From positions 512,137-576,136 of the forward strand of contig OZ246414.1 in assembly GCA_965231125.1 (NCBI GenBank): a DNA stretch of 64,000 bases, read 5' to 3'. Source of the stretch: an uncultured Gammaproteobacteria bacterium. Lineage in GTDB: Bacteria; Patescibacteriota; Microgenomatia; Woykebacterales; RBG-16-39-9b. Under the pieces are notes generated by a model. The model saw only the letters and a program-made list of their open reading frames with translations, ran no database searches and was not told the origin of the DNA. This document shows, piece by piece, positions 20,370-28,912 of the stretch (position 1 is the first letter of the stretch; the number at the start of each line of letters is the position of its first letter). The position numbers and the translations under genes were made by a program.

Positions 20370-20467
20370 GAGATAGAATCGTAGTTATCTGACTTACTAA
20401 CGGTACAAAGATAAGATGCAACTAAACCTTGTCTTTCAGAATTCTCTGCTATATAATTTAATCAACA

Positions 20468-21052
20468 ATGGTAAAAACTGCCAAACCAATCCTTTTCTCG
20501 GCCATTCTACTAATATCTGTATTTGTCTTTGCTTCCCTAGTCCTCGCAATTAACCCACAAGCAGCAAACTCTCAAGCCCAAAATGTCGCAACCCGCTCGG
20601 CAATAGGTAAAGAAAAATTGGCAGCGGCAAAATTAATTGTTTGTCAAAAAATGGAAGCTGCAATCCAAAAACGCTCAACTAAAATGGCAGATAGGTCAGC
20701 GAATATGGAAAAGGTTTTTGACTCAATTGCCGCTAGAGTTGAAGTTTACTACACAAATACGCTCTTACCAAAGGGCAAGACAGTCACCAATTACGACTCG
20801 CTAGTTGCTGATATTGCAACAAAAAAGGCAGCTGTTGCAACTGAAATTACCAGTGCCCAAACAGATTCTTCAAGTTTCAGTTGTAGTACAGCAGATCCAA
20901 AAGGCCAAATGACAGTATTCCGAGAAGATATGCAAGCAGTTATTAAATCCTTGAAGGAATACCGTACTTCAATTAAAAACTTAATTGTAGCAGTCCGTTC
21001 CGTAACTGGAGCAGAAAATTCTGCCACCAAAAGTAGTGGGGTAAACCAATAA
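20468..21052 (+). CDS. Secreted/membrane-anchored hypothetical protein (194 aa)
   Basis: N-terminal hydrophobic segment. Coiled, Ala/Lys-rich body. Downstream of the GT2 gene. Confidence 0.4.
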   Translation: MVKTAKPILFSAILLISVFVFASLVLAINPQAANSQAQNVATRSAIGKEKLAAAKLIVCQKMEAAIQKRSTKMADRSANMEKVFDSIAARVEVYYTNTLLPKGKTVTNYDSLVADIATKKAAVATEITSAQTDSSSFSCSTADPKGQMTVFREDMQAVIKSLKEYRTSIKNLIVAVRSVTGAENSATKSSGVNQ

Positions 21053-21336
21053 TGGATACAAATACGACACCAACAACTCCAGCGATGGGGCCAAAAAAAG
21101 ATAACAAAGTCGCCTATCTTGTGATTGGTATTGTAGTGGTACTGATTGCTATAGCAGCAATCTGGTACGCTTCGGTAACTAGACAACCTACATCTCAACC
21201 GCCAACAACCCAGGTAGATAACAGCATCAAAAATGATTCAGATTTAACCTCGGTTGAAAAGAGCCTTGATTCATCAGACATTGACGGTCTAGGGTCTGAA
21301 TTAGACCAAAACGATACTGACGCCTCTCAGTTTTAA
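21052..21336 (+). CDS. Small single-TM protein with acidic C-terminal tail, hypothetical
   Basis: ATGG overlap with the previous stop. TM AYLVIGIVVVLIAIAAIWYA, then a D/S-rich tail. Confidence 0.35.
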   Translation: MDTNTTPTTPAMGPKKDNKVAYLVIGIVVVLIAIAAIWYASVTRQPTSQPPTTQVDNSIKNDSDLTSVEKSLDSSDIDGLGSELDQNDTDASQF

Positions 21337-21440
21337 CTTCAAACAAGACGCGATTTAAGGAACCTCTGGCCTCATGAACTCCTTTAATTTCACCATAGAA
21401 AAACTCGACCGTTTTCTCCTACTCAGTTATAATTTGTTTA

Positions 21441-22514
21441 ATGTCTAGTCTAAAAAAGAAGAACGTACTTTTAACTGGGTACTTACCGCTAATTTTTGTA
21501 GCATTTTTCCTTTTATTTCCCACAACAGCATTTGCACACGAGCAGTATGTTTTGACAAAACATCAACTTGGCAGTGGATTTGCTGACAAAAGCACAAACG
21601 TTCTAAAGGCTTTAGAAACCCCTGGGAACTTGATAATAGCTCTATTTGTAGGAATCGGAATTTTGAGCGTAGTAGCTTTTTATTTTTTCTTCCAATACTC
21701 AAAACTTGGAAAATTACTTAACCAGAAACTGTATAAACTCGAAAATATTGGGCATTTCTTGATACGAATTTCACTTGCCGTTTCCTTGCTTGCCTCCGCC
21801 TACTTCCACGCCTTCTTAGGTCCAGAGCTTCCAGTTACTAGCATATTTTTAGGTAACTTGCTCATACCAATAATGTATGCCTTAGGATTTTTACTGCTTT
21901 TTGGACTTTTCACCAGAATTACTTCTTTGCTTGGTATTTTAATCCTTGTTGTGGCAACCTTTGTTTATCGGGACTATATGATTACTTATTTTAATTACTA
22001 TGGAGAATACTTAGCTTTAATAATTTTTGGGTCTTATTTTTTATCAATAGACAACAAACTTTTCGGTATCTCAAAATTTATTAGAAAATACAAAGATCTG
22101 GAAATTCTTATTCTCAGAGTAACTTACGGATTATCAGTTATGTACCCTGCTATCACCATCAAACTTTTGCATCCGGCAATAATTGTCGAAATTTATAACC
22201 AGTATCATTTAGATAGGGTTTGGTGGCTTTTCCCGCAAGATGCTTTACTTACTTCGCTGGGAACTGGTTTGGCACAAATCTTGGTTGGAGTGTTTATAAT
22301 TATTGGATTTGAAACACGTCTTGCTGCTTTTGTAACTTTTCTTTTATATTTTGGCTCCGTGGTTTATTTCCAAGAGGCAGTTTGGCCTCATGTAGTTCTG
22401 TTGGCGCTGGCGTTTTACTTTGTTATCAACAATGGAGGGAAATTCACGATTGATAATATAATTGAAAATCGCCTTTTTAATAAGATGAACAAAAAAGAGG
22501 AAAAAGCTCTTTAG
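21441..22514 (+). CDS. Polytopic membrane protein (~9-10 TM) with cleavable-looking signal peptide, hypothetical
   Basis: Signal-like N-terminus (...FPTTAFAHEQ), then many hydrophobic helices. No family recognised. Confidence 0.45.
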   Translation: MSSLKKKNVLLTGYLPLIFVAFFLLFPTTAFAHEQYVLTKHQLGSGFADKSTNVLKALETPGNLIIALFVGIGILSVVAFYFFFQYSKLGKLLNQKLYKLENIGHFLIRISLAVSLLASAYFHAFLGPELPVTSIFLGNLLIPIMYALGFLLLFGLFTRITSLLGILILVVATFVYRDYMITYFNYYGEYLALIIFGSYFLSIDNKLFGISKFIRKYKDLEILILRVTYGLSVMYPAITIKLLHPAIIVEIYNQYHLDRVWWLFPQDALLTSLGTGLAQILVGVFIIIGFETRLAAFVTFLLYFGSVVYFQEAVWPHVVLLALAFYFVINNGGKFTIDNIIENRLFNKMNKKEEKAL

Positions 22515-22855
22515 TAAGGCAATACTTTAGAGAAGATAAAATCTTTAACCAACACCTTTCAACGTGTCCTTACTAACCACCTACATGTAGAGTCCGTCGT
22601 AAAACGTCTAATAAATTACAGTGCTCTAAAAATTCACTAATCCTCAGTGAGACGATATTGCCTCAGATGGAACCAGTTTTTCTTCAAATTTGTGACAGTT
22701 GGAACAAAGCTCCTCGTGAAATCTACACTCGTATCCTTGATGAGCGAAAACCCCGTATTTTGGATGATAAACTAGATCTCCTTTTTTAAAACGACGAACT
22801 TCTTTTTTTGAAAGCATAGATTTGACTGTTCTTAAATCTAACCAAAATGACCTCT

Positions 22856-23542
22856 TTAATTTAGTGAAGACGCTACCGGCAACACGTCGGCAAAAACGAA
22901 GTTATCTCTGGTAACAATTTCTCCAACCTCAATAGAAAGAGGGTGAGAAAACATCGGGCCAGCGTAAACGAACGTGTGAAACTCACCATTTTCTCCGCAG
23001 GCATCGGCTCCTTTCGGCAAGTCGCTTAAAAAGTCTTGATCCCAATCCCTGCCAGCGAAATTTTCTGTCAAGACCCTGGGATCAACGCAGGTCACCACTG
23101 CCCGCAAACCACCATCAAGCATTTCGGTAGCGAGGGCACCTGTCGGTTTACCCCACAGAGGAAAAATTAGTTCCAAGCCAGTACCAGCCATTTTCTTTTC
23201 CCGGTAGCGACGGATATCCTCAAGGAAAAGGTCACCAAAGGCAACGGTTGTAATTCCAGCTTTCTTGGCCTTCTCCAAAGCACTACTTATCGCTTTTTCG
23301 TACTGTTCATTAGTACAAAGGTTCGGTATGGGCACAGACCAGAGTTTTAGGCCGGCTGCCGTTGCTTGAGCTTCTAGCAACTCTCGACGTACCGAATGCA
23401 TAGCAACCCGATCAAATTCCTCGTTTATGGTCGTCAGGAGTCCCACCACCTCAAGACCGGGTTCCTTTCTAAGAGTTGCTAGGCTCCAGGCGCTATCTTT
23501 ACCACTCGACCAAGATAAAAGAACACGTCGTGGGGATTTCAT
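22856..23542 (-). CDS. PP-loop ATP pyrophosphatase, MJ0570/Dph6-like (DUF71) family
   Basis: N-terminal LLSWSSGKDSAWSL PP-loop (SGGKDS-type). 4-nt overlap with the upstream PBP-fold gene. Confidence 0.65.
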   Translation of the reverse strand: MKSPRRVLLSWSSGKDSAWSLATLRKEPGLEVVGLLTTINEEFDRVAMHSVRRELLEAQATAAGLKLWSVPIPNLCTNEQYEKAISSALEKAKKAGITTVAFGDLFLEDIRRYREKKMAGTGLELIFPLWGKPTGALATEMLDGGLRAVVTCVDPRVLTENFAGRDWDQDFLSDLPKGADACGENGEFHTFVYAGPMFSHPLSIEVGEIVTRDNFVFADVLPVASSLN

Positions 23543-24468
23543 AAAGGTAGTGAAACTTTCTCAGGCAATTTTAGAGCTTCAGTTTGATTAGGAGAACCAA
23601 AGACTTCTGGATGGAGAATTTTAGCTAAGATTTCTAGACCTTTATCAATAACACGCGGGCCAGATTGGTTAAAGAAGCTGGGCCCATCTACTATCCAAAC
23701 TTGACCCGTCTGAACTGCTGTGAGAGTATCCCAACCCTGAAATTTTAAACTTCTAATCTCGGCCTTTGTTTTCTCTACGGGAAACCCACAAGGCATCATG
23801 ATAATAATCTCCGGATTTTTGTCGAGTAAAGCCTCCCAAGGAACTTTCCTGGAAGGCCTGCCGGCAATTCCCAAAACTTCTTCTCCGCCAGCCACATCAA
23901 CCATTTCCGGTACCCAGTGACCAGAGGCAAAAAGAGGATCAAGCCACTCCAGACAAAAAACGCGTGGCTTTTCCAAGTGAGAGGTTTGAGATCTGAAATC
24001 CTCAACTTTGGTTCTCAATTTTTCGACTAATTTTTGAGCCTCTACCTTACGTTCCAAAGTTTTCCCAACCCTTAAAATGTCTTCAAGAATTTCCTTAAGG
24101 TTAGTCGGGTTGAGTACTATCAACTCCGGCTTGTTGGGTAGATCGCGAATGACTACGTTAACATCCTCTGGTGTGATTGCACAAACATCACAAAGCATTT
24201 GGGTGATCAAATGAGTTGGTGCCAAGGAGGTTAGTAGTTTTTTATCTAAGGAGTAAAGGCTTGCGTGCTCATGCATCTTTTTTTCAACGTGAGCGTCAAT
24301 TACCCTACTACTAGCGCTACTGTAATCAATATCAGTCGAACTTACACGAGGCTTGATCAAAACTTCTTTGGGATAGATACATTCGTGGGAAACGCCAACT
24401 AATTCCTTAGTTAAACCTAAAGAGCAAACGATTTCTGTCGCTGTTGGCAGAGTGGAAACAATCTTCAT
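23539..24468 (-). CDS. BtuF/FhuD-type (class 8) periplasmic-binding-protein-fold protein; no signal peptide evident
   Basis: Begins KIVSTLPTATEIVCSLGL...LVGVSHEC and continues ...PELIVLNP..., the characteristic start and blocks of cobalamin/siderophore SBPs. Start overlaps the upstream membrane-protein gene by 4 nt. Confidence 0.55.
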   Translation of the reverse strand: MKIVSTLPTATEIVCSLGLTKELVGVSHECIYPKEVLIKPRVSSTDIDYSSASSRVIDAHVEKKMHEHASLYSLDKKLLTSLAPTHLITQMLCDVCAITPEDVNVVIRDLPNKPELIVLNPTNLKEILEDILRVGKTLERKVEAQKLVEKLRTKVEDFRSQTSHLEKPRVFCLEWLDPLFASGHWVPEMVDVAGGEEVLGIAGRPSRKVPWEALLDKNPEIIIMMPCGFPVEKTKAEIRSLKFQGWDTLTAVQTGQVWIVDGPSFFNQSGPRVIDKGLEILAKILHPEVFGSPNQTEALKLPEKVSLPL

Positions 24469-25049
24469 GTAGTTAGAGCTAGGTTTCTATTCTTAGCTAG
24501 CCGTAAAACTAACTCATACGCACCAAAAAAACCTCCGGTGTAGAAGAGGTCGCCAAACAAAGTTCCTTGGAAGAAAGGAATGCCGGCAACATAACTTTCC
24601 CAAAGACCAAACAGGCCTCGGTCGTAGCTGCCAGCAAGCCACACTCCAGCGTTGGTGATTAAAAAGAATTGGACTGAACAAAATAGCGAGGCCGCAATAA
24701 CATTATTTATTGATTTATGCGAACGTAACCAAAGACCAATTAGTCCCGAAATTAAGAAGCTACCATAAACATAGATAATTCCACTGTAAAGGGCCGCTTG
24801 GGGTGGGTAAATGTGACTGAAGTCAATAAACTTTGATCCGAAAGGATGTATGTAAAGAAGTAAGTAGTCAGAGATTAAGAGAGTGGCCAGCGGGAGAACT
24901 AGCGAATAGCGCTTACTTAGATAAGTGCCTCCGAAAAGCCCCATGGCTGTAATCGGTGCAAAATTTGGTATATGAGGAACTAAACGTAATACTACCGCTG
25001 CGAGAACAAAGATAAGTGGGCCGGTGAGTTTTTCTAAAGTTTTTTGCAT
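24465..25049 (-). CDS. Small polytopic membrane protein (194 aa, ~6 TM); candidate ECF-S-component/BtuM-like vitamin transporter
   Basis: Size and topology fit solitary S-components. Translationally coupled into the operon with the PBP-fold gene. Family assignment is inference only. Confidence 0.35.
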   Translation of the reverse strand: MQKTLEKLTGPLIFVLAAVVLRLVPHIPNFAPITAMGLFGGTYLSKRYSLVLPLATLLISDYLLLYIHPFGSKFIDFSHIYPPQAALYSGIIYVYGSFLISGLIGLWLRSHKSINNVIAASLFCSVQFFLITNAGVWLAGSYDRGLFGLWESYVAGIPFFQGTLFGDLFYTGGFFGAYELVLRLAKNRNLALTT

Positions 25050-25057
25050 TTTCCTCC

Positions 25058-26314
25058 TTACCCTACAGTATTTTTTTCAAGTCGACTAGCTACTAATCGC
25101 AAAACTAAACCAGCTTCCAGAGCGATCAAACTAGCCAGCAAAAAATAGTTAATTTTAATTGGTTCGTTTTTATAATCAAGAGTTGGAACTAAAGAATCCA
25201 AACTAGGCGCAATTCCAGTATCTGGTAAAATACTTGCTGCTAAAACTTGACCTTGTTTATTGTTGTTTTGGCTAGTATTAATGCTTTGATTTTGGTTGTC
25301 CTGATTGTTTTGATTCTGGTCTTGATTATTCTGGTCATTACTATTTTGGTTGTCTCCTGGATTTGTAGAGGGTTGCGTGAAAGTTCCAGTAAATTCTCCA
25401 ACCGGAAAAGCCTTTTGTGCAAAAGCATTCAGCGCGTAACCGCTAGTGAAAGTATCCGCTCCAAATCCGGCCTGATATTGCACCCCGCCGCTGGTATCTT
25501 GCAAGCTAACCAAAAAGTTAAGACCGTCTTCCACTTCGCTATCATTGCCTAATACTGCTTGAACTACCCAAGCCGTTGAAGCACCGTCAGTTCCAAAACC
25601 GCTCTGGTACTCCCAACCGCCATTGGTTTGCTGCAAACCCAAGAGGTAGGCAGTACCGGTGTCAATCGCGTCGTCCAGCCCAGTGTTGGAAAAACCCTTG
25701 TCCTGAGCAGCTTTCAATGCTTCAACAGCTACGGCCGTGTCATTAGTATCACTGGCCCCGCTAACTTGAAAGCTCCAACCGTGATCGGCGTTTTGATTGG
25801 CGATCAGAAAATTAACACTGTCGGAAATAATGGTTTGGTTGGCACTCGGTCCGGCAGAAATTAAGGAGAGAATTCCAAAAATATCGTCATTCAAGAGGGT
25901 TGTCGAGCCAATTTGATTGCTGGAAGCGAAGCTTTGCACTTTGGCAACATAATTTCGACCGCCGAAAGTAAACGGGTTTTCGCCGGCAGCAGTAACGGCC
26001 AACAAATCCCTCTCCCAACCGGTAGTTGCAGTATCGATCGGTGGGTTGTTTTTCAGGAAATCGACTAGCGACACACCGCCGTTTTGCACGGTGTGTGGGT
26101 CAATTCCCACGGCCGCTAAACCCATCACCGTCCAACTAGTTTCCCCACCAAAACCGGTTATTTTACCGGTAGCGTCTTGATTAGCCTGCAAATAGGCAAC
26201 CAAGGAACTAATGTTGCTGCTATAATCGGGCACTGCCGCCAAAGCAGAAACAGGCGCTAGTAAAGTGGCAGAAAGCAGGGTTGTAAACAAGGCAGCTTTT
26301 CTTAAAGTAGACAT
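25058..26314 (-). CDS. Sortase-anchored (LPDTG) surface protein with prenyltransferase/squalene-cyclase-like alpha/alpha-barrel repeats; transcobalamin alpha-domain-like
   Basis: Signal peptide. Repeats GFGGETSWTVMGLAAVG, NGGWEYQSGFGTDGASTAWVVQAVLG and SGGVQYQAGFGAD are typical of Prenyltrans repeats. N/Q-rich stalk (NQDQNQNNQDNQNQ). LPDTG, then TM and KN tail. Confidence 0.6.
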   Translation of the reverse strand: MSTLRKAALFTTLLSATLLAPVSALAAVPDYSSNISSLVAYLQANQDATGKITGFGGETSWTVMGLAAVGIDPHTVQNGGVSLVDFLKNNPPIDTATTGWERDLLAVTAAGENPFTFGGRNYVAKVQSFASSNQIGSTTLLNDDIFGILSLISAGPSANQTIISDSVNFLIANQNADHGWSFQVSGASDTNDTAVAVEALKAAQDKGFSNTGLDDAIDTGTAYLLGLQQTNGGWEYQSGFGTDGASTAWVVQAVLGNDSEVEDGLNFLVSLQDTSGGVQYQAGFGADTFTSGYALNAFAQKAFPVGEFTGTFTQPSTNPGDNQNSNDQNNQDQNQNNQDNQNQSINTSQNNNKQGQVLAASILPDTGIAPSLDSLVPTLDYKNEPIKINYFLLASLIALEAGLVLRLVASRLEKNTVG

Positions 26315-26327
26315 AATTTTACCTCCT

Positions 26328-26948
26328 TTATGTCGTTTTCCAAGTAATAATATTGTCTGGGCTCAAAGTATCCAAGGAAACACCCTTACCTTTCCCTGGT
26401 ACATCTTTCCCATCTTTATCTTTCACGGTATAAGTCCAGCACTCACAGTTGTGCCCATGGAGCTCGGTGATGTAGTAACTATTCAAGGGCGCACCGTACC
26501 AGCGGGCAACGAGCGAAAATTTATTCTCACTACTAGCCTTAACTAAGACATCATAAACCGTCATCCCAGCCGACCAGCTAACTTGATAAGGGTAATTGCC
26601 CGACCCAGTGTTGATGTTGAGAGTAACTGTTTGTTCAACTGGAGCCGGTGCGGTTGGAGTGGGATTTGAATTAGCCGAATTTTTATTGGAAGTTTGTTTT
26701 TGAGTTGTTTGGTAGGTAGTAGTTCCCTGAACTTGGTTTTTGGTAGTGGGTGGAGTAATAGTTTGTTGGTCGGCAGTGCTAGTCTCCTGAGTTTTGTTGC
26801 TAGTTGTAACTGTACTGCCTTGCGGTTTTGGTTCAGCCTTTTTCTCACTACCCAAAAACTTCGGTGTCGCAATTACCAAACCAATTACTAAAAGGGTTGG
26901 AATTAAGATTAAGTTTTTCTGCACAATGTTTTTTACTTTAGAAAACAT
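26328..26948 (-). CDS. Membrane-anchored DUF4430-like (intrinsic-factor/transcobalamin beta-domain-like) protein
   Basis: N-terminal TM. T/Q-rich stalk. C-terminal ~95 aa TVTLNINTG..GMTVYDVLVKAS...GAPLNSYYITEL..CWTYTVKDKDG..VSLDTLSPDNIITWKT fits the DUF4430 pattern (G.tv.d.L...W.y.vNg......L.dGD.I.W). Second Met used as start (GAGAAGG SD); ORF-track start is 26972. Confidence 0.5.
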   Translation of the reverse strand: MFSKVKNIVQKNLILIPTLLVIGLVIATPKFLGSEKKAEPKPQGSTVTTSNKTQETSTADQQTITPPTTKNQVQGTTTYQTTQKQTSNKNSANSNPTPTAPAPVEQTVTLNINTGSGNYPYQVSWSAGMTVYDVLVKASSENKFSLVARWYGAPLNSYYITELHGHNCECWTYTVKDKDGKDVPGKGKGVSLDTLSPDNIITWKTT

Positions 26949-26989
26949 AAAAGCCTTCTCTACTCGAGGCAAAGGAGGCTATCAAAAAA

Positions 26990-27145
26990 CCTTCTCGAGC
27001 TACAAGAAGGTTTAAAAGATTGATATGACAATCCTTGCTCGAGGAACTTACAAAGGCTTGGGTTCTGGGTTTACAGTAGCGGCACTCCCCTGGAATTGCA
27101 CCAGGATTCACTTAAACACCTTTGCTCTAAATTGTTAAAGTACTA
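26990..27145 (-). ncRNA. Cobalamin-riboswitch-like 5' leader (partial core) with intrinsic terminator
   Basis: Minus-strand RNA GUGAAUCCUGGUGCAAUUCCAGGGGAGUGCCGCUACUGUAAAC aligns block-for-block with the btuB-type core GGGAAUCCAGUGCGAAUCUGGAGCUGACGCGCAGCGGUAAGG. Followed by hairpin AAACCUUCU-N9-AGAAGGUUU plus UUUUUU. A canonical B12 box was not found. Confidence 0.4.
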
Positions 27146-27147
27146 CG

Positions 27148-27176
27148 ATTTTAATCGTGTATATCAAAACTGTCAA
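27148..27176 (-). promoter_or_regulatory. Sigma70-like promoter (TTGACA-17-TAAAAT) for the minus-strand B12-like operon
   Basis: On the minus strand: TTGACAgttttgatatacacgatTAAAAT, about 200 nt upstream of the DUF4430-like gene ATG. Confidence 0.45.
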
Positions 27177-27303
27177 TACCCTTTTATGTAAACTAATAGT
27201 AGAATTACCAATATCGCTCTTCTTGACACTGATAGTTTGTTGGACGGTTTGAGGAACCTCTACCTTTCTTGACCTCAACTACAATCCGTTTATAATTTAG
27301 TTA

Positions 27304-28092
27304 ATGTCGCTTTCTATTTTTAAAAAATTGGCTGCTAAGGACATAATTCTAGCCACTCTGCTAATACTTCTAATTCCCAGTGCGTTATTCGTAGGTTGGG
27401 AAAAAGTAATTCTTCAAACAGTTATTTGTGCCTTTGTAACCATCTCTTTGGATCTTGGAATAAACTTTCTAAAAAAGACTAAATATTTCTTTCCAAAGGC
27501 TGGGTTAATCACTGGGCTGATAGTAGCCCTGGTACTCCCTATCGGCGTGAATCCATTGATCGCCGCTTTTGCTGCTCTGGTGGCAATTTTTAGCAAGCAA
27601 TTTATAAAGATAGGCCGTAATCATATTTTTAATCCCGCTACCTTTGGGTTGGTGGTTGCTGCTGTCTTGTTTAAAATTCCCCTTGGTTGGTGGGGGGACA
27701 ATCTAATCTGGCTAACGATCCCTTTGGGAATGCTAGCAGTGCTGCGAGCAAGAAAAGAGCTACAAGTAATCGGTTTTGTCGCCACCTACGTTTTGATTGA
27801 GTATCTGTTCATCAAGCTCTATATTCCAAACGACATCACTGCTTTGAAGACAGCCTTTGAGACCAATTCCTGGTTCTTTGCTCTTTTCATGGTGCCAGAG
27901 CCGATGACTTCTCTGCTTCCGTATCGACTCAGCCCTATTTTCGGTTTTATTGCAGCCTCTGCTGGGATTAATTTATCTTTAATTAAATTTACTCCCATTT
28001 CAAACAACTCGCTTTTACTTGGGCTTTTGGTTGCCAATGCTGTTGCTTTTATTTACCTTTTTCTTCAACGCAGAGAAGCTAAAGGACACTAA
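27304..28092 (+). CDS. RnfD/NqrB-family-like polytopic membrane protein (orphan, 262 aa)
   Basis: GRNHIFNPATFGLVVAAVLF matches the (G)RxxFNPA(l) signature of NQR2/RnfD/RnfE proteins. Multiple TM helices. Shorter than canonical RnfD. Confidence 0.4.
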   Translation: MSLSIFKKLAAKDIILATLLILLIPSALFVGWEKVILQTVICAFVTISLDLGINFLKKTKYFFPKAGLITGLIVALVLPIGVNPLIAAFAALVAIFSKQFIKIGRNHIFNPATFGLVVAAVLFKIPLGWWGDNLIWLTIPLGMLAVLRARKELQVIGFVATYVLIEYLFIKLYIPNDITALKTAFETNSWFFALFMVPEPMTSLLPYRLSPIFGFIAASAGINLSLIKFTPISNNSLLLGLLVANAVAFIYLFLQRREAKGH

Positions 28093-28744
28093 TGGTTCCG
28101 GTTATCGAAGGCCTTGTATGATCGTGCCAACCCCAGTTGCCTTTATTGTCAAACCTAAATGACCAACTACTTCCAGGACTAATCCCTCCAGAATCAAACC
28201 CAGGGTAGTCGGTATGTATAGGATGAGGATTACTCGCCGGCCAGCGAGTTTGGCTATCGTTATTCACCCACTTGATCGTATCCCCGCTATTGATGGTTAG
28301 GTTTAAGGCGGAATAAACCGCACCACTACTAATGGTCACGGTTACTGTTTTAGGAGAAGTCGAAGGTGGTGGGCTCGAAGGTGGAGGTGTGGTTGGGGGT
28401 TGGCTGGTGGGAGGAGTGCTGGTTGGTGACTCTTCGTTGTTGGTGCTGTCGGGGCTTGTAGAAGTTGAATTAGTAGAATCTTTTTTAGCCTCGCCACCTT
28501 CCTCTAAAGGCGGTGTGTTTTTATCTATTTTATTTATTTTTTCTTTTAATTGGAAAATTTCCTTGTTTTGTTGCCGAGAGGAATTCTCCGACTTTAGTTT
28601 CAGAGTGTAGTTTGCGACAGTAGCGGCTAAGAGAATAAAAACAACAAATATTAGAAGAGATATTTTGTAAGAAATTTTTCTAAACAAAAAAGCCATTAGC
28701 TCTATTTTAGAATGCTTATAGAAAGTCCGCAACCAAAAGTTCAA
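28079..28744 (-). CDS. Membrane-anchored cupredoxin-like domain protein with Pro/Ser/Thr-rich linker
   Basis: N-terminal TM. TPPTSQPPTTPPPSSPPPSTSPKT stalk. C-terminal ~95 aa TVTISSGAVYSALNLTINSGDTIKWVNND...HPHPIHTD...WGWHDHTRPSITGTISV, cupredoxin-like, no Cys ligand. Confidence 0.45.
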   Translation of the reverse strand: MNFWLRTFYKHSKIELMAFLFRKISYKISLLIFVVFILLAATVANYTLKLKSENSSRQQNKEIFQLKEKINKIDKNTPPLEEGGEAKKDSTNSTSTSPDSTNNEESPTSTPPTSQPPTTPPPSSPPPSTSPKTVTVTISSGAVYSALNLTINSGDTIKWVNNDSQTRWPASNPHPIHTDYPGFDSGGISPGSSWSFRFDNKGNWGWHDHTRPSITGTISVL

Positions 28745-28912
28745 ATTGAAAATAATCGTTTTTCAGCGGTTCGAATCCCGACTCCTCTCTTAGGCACAAG
28801 TTTTTACAAAAAAGAAGACTTTTACGGTTCGAATTCAGAGAAGAAAAATCTAGCTTTTTGCAAGCCAGTTAAAGCTATTTGAGGGAAGACGGTCACCATA
28901 GGGTGCCCGTAT

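Noticed and set aside
25240-26891. Several 60-100 aa ORFs on both strands over the N/Q/T-rich stalk regions of the two transcobalamin-like genes
   Set aside because: Low-complexity artefacts of repetitive AAC/CAA/ACC-rich coding sequence on the minus strand. They overlap the real genes.
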